Origin: Candidatus Entotheonellaceae bacterium
Lineage (GTDB): Bacteria; Tectomicrobia; Entotheonellia; Entotheonellales; Entotheonellaceae
NCBI GenBank assembly: GCA_965238075.1
Contig: OZ250173.1
Coordinates: forward strand, 3,232,001-3,296,000
Direction of reading: 5' to 3'
Length of the DNA: 64,000 bases
Positions 1-8,433 of this stretch are shown here, piece after piece; within the stretch, counting starts at the first letter, position 1, and each line of letters opens with the position of its first letter. Below the pieces are notes generated by a model. It was not told the origin of the DNA, did no database searches, and saw nothing but the letters and a program-made list of their open reading frames with translations. Both the position numbers and the translations under genes were made by a program.

Positions 1-138
1 CGAAGGTCAGCGTTGGCCAGTCGAAATGGTTTCGAAGGGTGTCGGGCAGGCTGGCCTGCAGCAGGTCGGCGGCTTCACGGGGCCGGAGAAAACGGCCCGG
101 AAGAGCTTGTCATGGGGTTGGTAGATTTCGTCGGCCAT
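1..138 (-). pseudogene. 5' end of Rpn/YhgA-like recombination-promoting nuclease (putative transposase), frameshifted, runs off window
   Basis: Reverse strand reads MADEIYQPHDKLFRAVFSG; after frame changes it continues EAADLLQA..PDTLRNHFDWPTL. PHDxLF is the typical Rpn N-terminus. Confidence 0.6.
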
Positions 139-218
139 TGCCGGGGCCTTTTGTTCTACGGTCGCGGATGGCTCCGTAAGGTTGCATATGAAAATAGAGC
201 CCTCCGGTGCCCCAAATC

Positions 219-330
219 GTCATTTCGGGCTTGACCCGGAATCCAGCGACCTTACCTCCGGGAAACCTGGGCTCTGGCTTCCGAAGAAACGGGCTCTGAT
301 TGACAGGTCCGCCCCTGTGCGGAGAATGAC
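219..330. repeat. REP/RPE-like palindromic intergenic element
   Basis: CGTCATTTCGGGCTTGACCCGGAATCCAG...GAATGAC: terminal GTCATT/AATGAC inversion plus an inner hairpin. A related motif (GTTACTCCGGCGGAAGCCGGA) lies near 6508. Confidence 0.4.
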
Positions 331-371
331 TTGGCGGTAATACGTTATGACCTCAAATCCAACCCCGGAAA

Positions 372-1643
372 CTACTCTCCCGACAGTGAGGAACTACTCC
401 CGTCCCTTGTCATCATGGCTGCTTCGTGTTCGGCAATCCATTGCTCGGCCTCCTCTTCTGTATAGGAACCGATAATGGCACGATGGTTTTCCGGTAGTCT
501 ACGGCGCTTCTGGTCTGGATTATCAGTATACGGCCCGAGCTTTACTCTCAGATCATTTTTCTTTTCCTGAGACAACAACTCATCAATGAGCTGTTCCATA
601 CATGCGTCTTCTATCCCACCGTCAACCACTTTCTTCAATAGGGTAGTTTCCTTGCCTATCGACCCTCGGATTCGGTCAACAAAGGGGGTCGAATGCGTCC
701 AGTCATGGCCCACCGCTCCTTGCAGGTTTGCTTTGTCGAGGTCAGCGCCTTGTAGGAATGTCCACCCGAACTTTGCTCCTTGTATTTTTGTTTCGAAGAG
801 TTCCGCTCCATACATTTTGGTCCAACAAAAAACGGCACCTTGTGAACATGCTCGGCGAAGGCGCGCGACTGTCAGTTCTCCGCCCTGAATGTTGGCGCCC
901 TGTAGCTGTGCGTACGAGAGATTGGCCCCTTGCATGTGTACTCTTTCAAGGTTGGCTTCTTGTAGGCAAGCTCTTTCAAGCCAGGCTTCTTTCAGATACG
1001 CATCTGCAAGATTTGCTCGTTGCAGGTTTGCGTCGTTGAGATTTGCCCCCTTCAGCCAACTCCCATACAAGTTGATATGAAGACCTGTGAAAATGCCATG
1101 TTTCTGTACGAACAATAGGCTTAGTAGGTTTTGTATCTCTTCGGAGGGTCGTGACAGGTGTTTCTCTTGGTATGCGCCTGCTCTTGTCGTGCGGCGGATG
1201 TCGGCACAGAGAATGTCCAGGACCGTCTGTCGCAGCGACTTGGTGTCCTGCGCCAGATGGAAGAGTTCGTAGACGCCGCCCAAGCGTATGGATTCCGAGT
1301 CATTTCCCAGGTGTTCAATGGCAATTTTCAGACGCTCCTGCCTCAGCCCCCGTTCGGTAAGCTGGTTGGTTTTTGCCTGTTCCTCCGTAGCCCTGGCCTG
1401 CGCTTTCGCGGCCTTCTCCAGCGCCTTGGCACGCCTGTTGGCGATCACGGCTTGTAGTATGAGTACGAGGCCACCTATACCGATTCCCAGGTATTTTAGG
1501 ACATCACTTTTGTTGGAAAAACCTGAAAGCTGCGAAATAATCTCAAATTCAAAGAACCAGAAGGGCTTAAAAATCGCCCCCACCAGCGCGAACGACAACA
1601 GAGCAATCAAACCGATAAGAAGCCACATCGTGAATTGGATCAT
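372..1643 (-). CDS. Membrane-anchored pentapeptide-repeat protein
   Basis: Two N-terminal TM segments, an IEHLG..RLGGVYEL region, then A(N/D)Lxx repeats (GANLNDANLQRANLADAYL...). Lower GC than its neighbours. Confidence 0.85.
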   Translation of the reverse strand: MIQFTMWLLIGLIALLSFALVGAIFKPFWFFEFEIISQLSGFSNKSDVLKYLGIGIGGLVLILQAVIANRRAKALEKAAKAQARATEEQAKTNQLTERGLRQERLKIAIEHLGNDSESIRLGGVYELFHLAQDTKSLRQTVLDILCADIRRTTRAGAYQEKHLSRPSEEIQNLLSLLFVQKHGIFTGLHINLYGSWLKGANLNDANLQRANLADAYLKEAWLERACLQEANLERVHMQGANLSYAQLQGANIQGGELTVARLRRACSQGAVFCWTKMYGAELFETKIQGAKFGWTFLQGADLDKANLQGAVGHDWTHSTPFVDRIRGSIGKETTLLKKVVDGGIEDACMEQLIDELLSQEKKNDLRVKLGPYTDNPDQKRRRLPENHRAIIGSYTEEEAEQWIAEHEAAMMTRDGSSSSLSGE

Positions 1644-1701
1644 CTTGTTGCGGCTCCGTTCAGAAGTGGAATGTCGGATTACGCTGCGCTAATCCGACCT
1701 A

Positions 1702-2877
1702 CTAAGGTGCACCCGTTTCCCAGCGAACCGACTGCTGCCGCATCAAGGCGCGCTGGCCGAATTGGGTATTGGGATAGCGGTCGGCGATCTCCCCGTATTG
1801 CTGAATGATCTCCGACAGATCGCCGACCCGCTGTGCTTCATCTGCGCGCAGCGTCTTGTCGAAGGCGTCGTACGCTGCAACTTCCCGCTGCAGTGCGTCG
1901 TCTTCGGAGAACGCCCGCAGGGCGGTATCGACGGCTTGAAAACGTTCGCGGGTGGCCTCGTCAAGCTCCAGATGCCAGCGCTCCGGGAGCGTCTTCAGCA
2001 GGCGGCGCAGCACGTAGCGTTCGACGTCGCTCGTCGCCCTCTCAAAGCGCGCCAGCTTGTTCATGAAATACCATCCGTACACGTCGGCGCGGCCGGCGTC
2101 GTACTCGGCTTCCAACAGGGTCTTATCCTCGGCCCAATCGAGCGCCCGCTCAAACGCCGGCGCCGGTGCCCATTCGTGCCCGCCGTCCCAGATTTCCACC
2201 AGGTTTCGGGTGTGCAACGGCAGGCCGCGACGAATGCGGCGCGCCTCGCGGCGATTCGGGTCGCGGGCGCCAAAGAGGCCGTACACCGTGACGTGGGCGT
2301 TGCTGCGCGTTAGCACCCAGGCGCGTCCGGAATAGCCGGCCGCTTGCAGGATCAGACCCTGAAAACCGGGGCGAATGCTCGGGTAGTGGCTGCACACCCG
2401 GGCGCCGCCGGAAAAGCCGGTGCAAAACAGCATCTCCGGGTGCACGCGCACGCGCTTCAGCACGTCGTTGTACGTCGCCATGAAATTGGGATACCACAGC
2501 ACGGAGCGGTTGCGCGACTCGGCCAGCATCGCCACCACCCAGCGGTCCCGTGTGAGGCGTTCGGCCATGTGGCCCATGCGCGCCTCGCCGCCGGGTGAGG
2601 CAATGAACATGAGCGGGTACTGGCGGGCGGGCTGATCGTGGTAGTCGCTCGGGAGGTAGAGCCGGTAGTGGAAGATGCCGTCCGGCGGCCAGTCCGGCAC
2701 GTTTTGGCGCGCGCCGTACGGCGACAAGCAGGCAATCGTGGTAACCTCGCCGGCGGGCAGAACTGCTGTCAGGGGCGTCGGTTCCTCGGCCGCGAGCGGG
2801 CCGGCCAGCAGCAGGACAACAACCCATGGAAGCCACAAGAAACGTTTAGCCCAATCCACAACTCTCCCCTTCATCAA
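1702..2877 (-). CDS. Secreted alpha/beta-hydrolase (esterase-like) with helical C-terminus
   Basis: Signal peptide, YRLYLPSDY, GFSGG nucleophile elbow, GARD, GGHEW. Confidence 0.7.
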   Translation of the reverse strand: MMKGRVVDWAKRFLWLPWVVVLLLAGPLAAEEPTPLTAVLPAGEVTTIACLSPYGARQNVPDWPPDGIFHYRLYLPSDYHDQPARQYPLMFIASPGGEARMGHMAERLTRDRWVVAMLAESRNRSVLWYPNFMATYNDVLKRVRVHPEMLFCTGFSGGARVCSHYPSIRPGFQGLILQAAGYSGRAWVLTRSNAHVTVYGLFGARDPNRREARRIRRGLPLHTRNLVEIWDGGHEWAPAPAFERALDWAEDKTLLEAEYDAGRADVYGWYFMNKLARFERATSDVERYVLRRLLKTLPERWHLELDEATRERFQAVDTALRAFSEDDALQREVAAYDAFDKTLRADEAQRVGDLSEIIQQYGEIADRYPNTQFGQRALMRQQSVRWETGAP

Positions 2878-3473
2878 CTCCCGGTCCGGTGCGCCAGGAG
2901 TTTTTCAACGTATTTCCCCAGCACGTCGACCTCGAGATTCACACGGCGCCCGGGCGCGTAGTGACGCACGTTGGTCACCGCCCGGGTGTGCGAGATAAAC
3001 GATATGCTGAACCAGTCCGGGCCGGTATCGACGACCGTCAGGCTCATGCCGTCGATGGCCACGTAGCCCTTGGAGACGATGTAGGGCAGCAGGTTTTCCG
3101 GCGCCCGAAACGTCGCCAGCACGCCCTCGCCGTCCGGTTGCATGGCGACGATCTCCGCGGTGCCGTCGATGTGCCCCTGCACCACGTGGCCGCCGATGCG
3201 GCCGTTGGCCGCCAGGGAGCGCTCGAGGTTCACATCGTCGCTGTTGCGCACCTCCCCGAGCGCCGTTTTGCGCAAGGTTTCGGGGGCCAATTCGACCGTA
3301 AAGCTCGTGGTGTCGTGCCGCACCACCGTCAGGCAGGCGCCGTTGATGGCGATCGAATCGCCGATCTTGACGTCGTCCAACACGACCTGAGCCCGCACCG
3401 TGCAGGTGGCGCCGCCGGGGCGCACTTCGAGGTGCGTAACCGTGCCGGTTTCTTCCACGATACCGCTGAACAT
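2874..3473 (-). CDS. ribE: Riboflavin synthase (alpha chain)
   Basis: MFSGIVEE start, GDSIAINGACLTV, VNLERSL, GGHVVQGHIDG, VNLEVD. Confidence 0.97.
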   Translation of the reverse strand: MFSGIVEETGTVTHLEVRPGGATCTVRAQVVLDDVKIGDSIAINGACLTVVRHDTTSFTVELAPETLRKTALGEVRNSDDVNLERSLAANGRIGGHVVQGHIDGTAEIVAMQPDGEGVLATFRAPENLLPYIVSKGYVAIDGMSLTVVDTGPDWFSISFISHTRAVTNVRHYAPGRRVNLEVDVLGKYVEKLLAHRTGS

Positions 3474-3509
3474 CCGTTCCTCCTCTTAACGCCCGCCCGG
3501 TGGGCATAC

Positions 3510-3551
3510 AAAAAAACTGCCACGACCCCCGGCGAACGGGCATCGTGGCAG
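3510..3551 (-). terminator. Rho-independent terminator after the gluconolactonase gene
   Basis: Minus strand CTGCCACGAtgCCC-gttcgcc-GGGggTCGTGGCAG followed by T7. Confidence 0.75.
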
Positions 3552-3582
3552 CAGGGTGCCGTAACGGCTTGACGGTCGTCGC

Positions 3583-4653
3583 TTACGGCAGGTGATAGCC
3601 GCTCTTGCCGACGGTAATGCGGTAGAGGTTGTTGGCAGCGGTGATATAGAGCACGTTGCTGTTTTCGCCGCGGCCAAAGCCGACGTTGGTCGGGACCGGC
3701 GTCGGGATATAAGCCATCTCGACCCCGTCGGGGCTGTACGCATAAATGCCCGGCCGGCTGGTGTCGCGGCACGCCACCCACAGGTTGCCCTCGGTGTCCA
3801 TCACCAGGCCGTCGGGGCCGTCCTGGGGCGCGTAGTCGACCAACATCTCGCGGAATTTGGCGCTGCCGTCTTCCGCCAGATCGTAGGCCATCAACGCCAT
3901 GCGGCCCTTCACGCTGCCCTCGCCCTGATCGAGTCGGAAGAGGTCCAGCGCGCCGTTGTCGTTGCTTACCACGTACAGCGATTTCTGGTCCGGCGATACC
4001 GCCACGCCGTTGGGCTTGCCGGCGTCGGTGACCACGCGGTGCACCGAGCCGTCGGTGTCGATGCGGTACACAGCCATGGTGGCCTGCATGACCGGCTCAT
4101 GGCCGAGGTAGCGCGGGTCACTGAAATAGATGCGGCCCTTCTCGTCGACGGTAACGTCGTTCGGGGCGTTGAACGGCTGGCCGCGGAACAACCCGGCGAT
4201 GACTTCAGCCACACCCGTTTTCATGTTGGTGCGGATAATGCGGCGACCGCCGTAGTCGGCGCCTTCCGCATTTACCATGTCGCAATTGGCGTCGAATTTG
4301 ATGCCGTTGGACATGCCGCTGGGAGAACGGAACACGCTCACGTCCCCGGTGGTCGGGTTGTACATCCAGATCACCCCGGCCAGCAGCCCGCCGCGCTCCG
4401 TCTTGGAACCCGCGGTGAAGGTGATGTCGCTGAAATACACCATGCCGTCACAACTCACGGCGGCGCCTTCGGTGAACACGATGCCGTGGTCTTTGCCGTT
4501 CACCAGCATTTCCAGTCCGGCCCCGTCAACCAGGAAGCCGGGCTCACCCATCGGCATGGCGTCCTGAGCCATGGCCGTGCCACCGAATACCAGGCCGACT
4601 GCAATGAGAAGGCCCCATGTCAGTCCAATGCGTCGAATAGTCGTATGCCTCAT
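3583..4653 (-). CDS. Secreted SMP-30/gluconolactonase family protein
   Basis: Signal peptide; FTEG, SNG, NAPNDV, YFSDP, PNGVAVSPD, PDGL motifs. Confidence 0.92.
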   Translation of the reverse strand: MRHTTIRRIGLTWGLLIAVGLVFGGTAMAQDAMPMGEPGFLVDGAGLEMLVNGKDHGIVFTEGAAVSCDGMVYFSDITFTAGSKTERGGLLAGVIWMYNPTTGDVSVFRSPSGMSNGIKFDANCDMVNAEGADYGGRRIIRTNMKTGVAEVIAGLFRGQPFNAPNDVTVDEKGRIYFSDPRYLGHEPVMQATMAVYRIDTDGSVHRVVTDAGKPNGVAVSPDQKSLYVVSNDNGALDLFRLDQGEGSVKGRMALMAYDLAEDGSAKFREMLVDYAPQDGPDGLVMDTEGNLWVACRDTSRPGIYAYSPDGVEMAYIPTPVPTNVGFGRGENSNVLYITAANNLYRITVGKSGYHLP

Positions 4654-4901
4654 GCAAAGCTCCTTTTTGCTGAGTAAAATGCCACAACTTGCCAGCCTGA
4701 CCCCTCACCGCGACAGGGCGGCGGCATTGTTGTCACCATATATCAAATCACTCACGAGGGAAAGAAAAAGCAACCTCGCGGCCGAGGGATGGGCCGCCCG
4801 GGTGGTATGAACCTGCACGACGGTGTGATAGAATAGCCAGACGTTTTTTTTGACAATTCGTGAATAGGCAATTGGGGACGCAAGTCCTAATAAGGCGGAA
4901 C

Positions 4902-6449
4902 ATGCGGCGGCTTCAATTCATCCTGTTGTTCCTGACAGCCTTGGTCACGCTTGCCAGTGCATTGGGCAGCGATCCTCTCACGTACCTCATCCCTTCCGTA
5001 GCCCCCTTCACCCTGTCGGCCTTGCTGCTCGTAGCACTGATGGGTGTGCTGCTCTACCGCACCCAATACCTGGAAAAACTGCTGCTGAGCGAGGGTCAAG
5101 CGACCCAAGAGCGATGGAGCGGCACGGATGACCGGCTGGTGCGGGTCATCGAGAAAACCTTGCAAAACAGTCAGACGGTGTCTGAATTGCAGGAGACGCT
5201 GGCGCACTACGAATGGCTGCTGCCCGGCAAAATCCTCCTGTGGCAACGCCGCCCCGAGGATGCCGTCAAGGCGCTGCAAAGCGCCGTGGCGCAGTACCCC
5301 GAGCACCGCGCCGGACGCTGGACGCTAGGTGAGGCGCTGCACGGCGCTAAGCGTTACCCCGAAGCCTTACCCCACCTGTTGGCCGGTCTCACGGAGGATA
5401 ACGTCACACAGTTGTCCCTGGTGGCTCAGTGCGAACAGGCATTGGGACGCCATGCCGACGCCGAGGCGCATCTGCTGCAGATGATCAAGGCGCGGGGTGA
5501 GCGGCGGCAGGAAGACCTCATGGCACTGGGTGCCGTGCAGAGCGAGCTGGAGCCGCAGACCGCCAAGCAGACGTTGGGTGAGGCGCTGGAACTGAATCCC
5601 TACAACAGCGCCGCGCGTTACCAGCTCCTTGATCTCGAAACACGCACCGGCAACTACGAGAATGCGATCGAGCTCGCCACCGAGGGGCTGAACCGCAACC
5701 CGGCGGACGTCGGATGTTTCGTCAGCCGTGCCGAGGCGTATTTCCGCCGCGGCCTGCCCGAGGACGAGGACCTCGTGATCCGCGACCTGGCCACCGTGCA
5801 GAGCAAGAACCGCAAGGATTACAATATTTACCGGCTGCGCGGCGCGCTCTACCAACGGCGGGCCAGCCAAACTACCTCAAAGGAGGAGACGAACAAGGCA
5901 CTGCACCAAGCCCTTGACGCCTACGAGGATGGGCTGGCAAACATCCCCGTCAAGTTCCACGCCCATCTCCTGGCCGCCGAAAGCCGCGTTCTGGTGCAGT
6001 TGCGGCGCTTCGACGATGCCGTCAAGAAGGCTCAGGGGGCCATTGAGCGCTACTCCGGCCACGTCAGCAACCACCTCGCGCTGGCCTTTGCCCGCCTCGC
6101 CGCCCGGCAGTGGCAGGCTGCCGCGCAGGCCGCCAGCCGCGGCATCCAATGGGCCGGTTGGGGCGGCAAGATATGGCTGACCGCCATCGTCATTTTCGCC
6201 CAAGCCTGTGACGGCAAGAACCCCGCCGGCTTGCGGCGCCAATGCACCACGCTCGTCGAGGCCCTGGAGGCCGACGTCAGGTCCTTCAAGCTGACCGAGA
6301 ACTGGAATATCGTCCGCAACATTCTCCACGAAGCCAGTCACCAGTTGAGCGAGCCCCAACGCTCCCTCGTCATCGACACCATCGCCCTCCTCGAAAAAGC
6401 CATCACCCCGCAGGACTACCGCATGGCCTGGATCAAGCCTCAGTCGTAG
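4902..6449 (+). CDS. Membrane-anchored TPR-repeat protein
   Basis: Two N-terminal TM helices followed by TPR-like helices (ALELNPYNSAARYQL, GLNRNPADVGCFVSRAEAY). Confidence 0.75.
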   Translation: MRRLQFILLFLTALVTLASALGSDPLTYLIPSVAPFTLSALLLVALMGVLLYRTQYLEKLLLSEGQATQERWSGTDDRLVRVIEKTLQNSQTVSELQETLAHYEWLLPGKILLWQRRPEDAVKALQSAVAQYPEHRAGRWTLGEALHGAKRYPEALPHLLAGLTEDNVTQLSLVAQCEQALGRHADAEAHLLQMIKARGERRQEDLMALGAVQSELEPQTAKQTLGEALELNPYNSAARYQLLDLETRTGNYENAIELATEGLNRNPADVGCFVSRAEAYFRRGLPEDEDLVIRDLATVQSKNRKDYNIYRLRGALYQRRASQTTSKEETNKALHQALDAYEDGLANIPVKFHAHLLAAESRVLVQLRRFDDAVKKAQGAIERYSGHVSNHLALAFARLAARQWQAAAQAASRGIQWAGWGGKIWLTAIVIFAQACDGKNPAGLRRQCTTLVEALEADVRSFKLTENWNIVRNILHEASHQLSEPQRSLVIDTIALLEKAITPQDYRMAWIKPQS

Positions 6450-6967
6450 ACGCGGTAGGCATTCCCCGTGGGCCTTGCAGGCTGCGTGAGTGTTTGAAAA
6501 TAGACGCCGTTACTCCGGCGGAAGCCGGATTGTGGATTCACATTACAAAGGCAATACGTGATTCCAGAAGATCTCGGCTGACCTCCGGTAACTGAGGCAT
6601 TTACGAGGCGTGTTGCTGCACGCCTACATCAACTCCGTAAAGCGGTTCTCTGGCAAGAGCGCCAGGTCCGTCTTACGGGACAAGCTGCGGCGCATGCGAC
6701 CCATGGCATTTTCCGCTTGACGTCACTGTAGCGGCAAGCCGGCCAGAAGCCCTTTGATGGCCTCAGCGACGCGACGAAGTACAGCACCGATATTACTGCT
6801 TTCCACTCCGCTGAATTAACCAACATGGCCTGCCCCGTCAGTATTACAATTCTCACCAGTGGCCGATCTTGGCCTCGTGGTTCATGGTCGTTCTGATGCC
6901 TGAATCTCCCCGACGCAATTGCCAGCAGGTCGGTTCAGTGCCATCGTAACCCAACGTGCCACCGCAT

Positions 6968-7480
6968 TTAATCTTCCCACATCAGTTCACGGCAGAGCAG
7001 CAGTGCCACCGGTCGCAGCGCCGCGTTGGCCAGGGTCTGCGCCTCACGGACGCGCTGGGCGACGTGACCGGGCGCCTGCAGCCGTTCAAACGGCACGCGC
7101 AGGGTTTCCAGCAGCGCCTCGGTCACCATGCCGCCTTCCGTTTGCCAGGGGTGCTCCTCGCCAAACCCGCCCCGCAGGCTGATGAGCATGAGGAGCGGGA
7201 TACGGTAGAGTTGCGTCAGCGACACGATGCCGTTGAGGCTGGCCAGCAGGCCGTGGTTCTGCATCAGCATAGCCGACGAGATGCCTGCAAGGTGTGCACC
7301 GGCGGAAATGCCGATACCCTCCTCTTCCTTGGCTAAGCGCACTAGGGTGGCGTCAGCGTCCGCCTCGGCCAGCGTCACCAAGTGCACCAGCCATGTTTCC
7401 GGCAGGACGGAAATCAACCGCACGCCGCAATCCTTCAGGGCCGTGTAGATGATCTGCGAATTCGTTTCCGATACCGGCAT
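6968..7480 (-). CDS. comD: Sulfopyruvate decarboxylase alpha subunit-like (TPP pyrimidine-binding domain)
   Basis: VLPETWL, KEEEGIGISAGAHLAG, MLMQNHGL, YRIPLLMLISLRG, PWQ motifs. Confidence 0.8.
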   Translation of the reverse strand: MPVSETNSQIIYTALKDCGVRLISVLPETWLVHLVTLAEADADATLVRLAKEEEGIGISAGAHLAGISSAMLMQNHGLLASLNGIVSLTQLYRIPLLMLISLRGGFGEEHPWQTEGGMVTEALLETLRVPFERLQAPGHVAQRVREAQTLANAALRPVALLLCRELMWED

Positions 7481-7631
7481 CGGGTCCTCCCTCTGAATCT
7501 GGCTGCCACTGTGGCGTATCGGATTGCGCTGCGCTAGTCCGACTTACGGTACCGCGGCGTCGGCGTGTTAGTATGGCCTTCAGGCTGTCCCATCCCGCCC
7601 CAGCAACCCTGTTCCCGGCAGGTGCTTCGCC

Positions 7632-8361
7632 GTGCTCGACTTCTCCCTGTGGCTCGTGGCTCTGGGCGGCGCCTTGCTGGCGTCGACGGTAACCACCATC
7701 ACCAGCATCGGCGCGGGCATGATCATGTACGGTGTGCTCAGCCCGTTCCTCGATCAGCAAAGTGGTGATTCCGCTCGTCGCCCCGGCGCAACTGTTGGCG
7801 GTCGGACTGCGCTGCTGGCTGTTCCGACGGCATCTGCACTGGCGCCTGGCGGCACTCTTCTTCCTCGGCGTGGTGCTCGGCATTTCTGCCGGCACGCTGC
7901 TTTTTGACGTTCTCACCGAAACTGTCCTGCGCCGCATGATCGGCGTCTTCCTGCTGACGTTTACCGCCTACGAATGCTGGCGCGGCAACGCGGGTCGAGC
8001 CGCGCCGCACGTCGGGTTCCTGCCGCTGGGGGGTGTAGTCGCCGGCGCCCTGCTGGGTAGCATTGGCATCGCCGGGCCGCTGCTCGCGGTGATCTTCCTG
8101 CGTTACGGTTTGCTGAAGGAAGATCTGATCGCCATGGTCGCGTTGTTTTTCCTGCTCGGTAACGCGCAGCGCACCGTGTTGTACTGGCAGCAGGGCTTCT
8201 TCGTCGATGACCGACTGACGCTGGCCGTCGCCATGGGCTTGGCGATGCTGGTTGGCGTGTACGTCGGCCGCCTGGTCCTGCCGCACGTCAGCCGGGCGTT
8301 CTTCCGACGCCTGGTGCTGGGGATGCTGGTGCTGTTCGGCGTCCAGTTCCTGGTGTGGTAA
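7632..8361 (+). CDS. TauE/SafE (TSUP) sulfite-exporter family protein with a frameshift near 7757
   Basis: N-terminus MLDFSLWLVALGGALLASTVTTITSIGAG lies in one frame and KVVIPLVAP...GSIGIAGPLL in another; about 8 TM helices. Frameshift may be real or a sequencing error. Confidence 0.75.
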
Positions 8362-8369
8362 TTCATCGT

Positions 8370-8432
8370 GGATTGAGAATTTTGGATTGTGGATTTGAAC
8401 CCGTAATCCAAAATCCGCAATTCCAAATTCCC
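8370..8432. repeat. Inverted heptamer array between convergent genes (probable bidirectional terminator)
   Basis: GGATTGA GAATTTT GGATTGT GGATTTG, 7-nt spacer, AATCCAA AATCCGC AATTCCA AATTCCC. Confidence 0.6.
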
Positions 8433-8433
8433 G

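Noticed and set aside
3474-3582. FMN riboswitch upstream of ribE
   Set aside because: The gap is only ~110 bp, lacks RFN consensus motifs, and is mostly the upstream gene's terminator.
6450-6967. comE beta subunit downstream of comD
   Set aside because: No GDG..N TPP-binding motif or coherent ORF.
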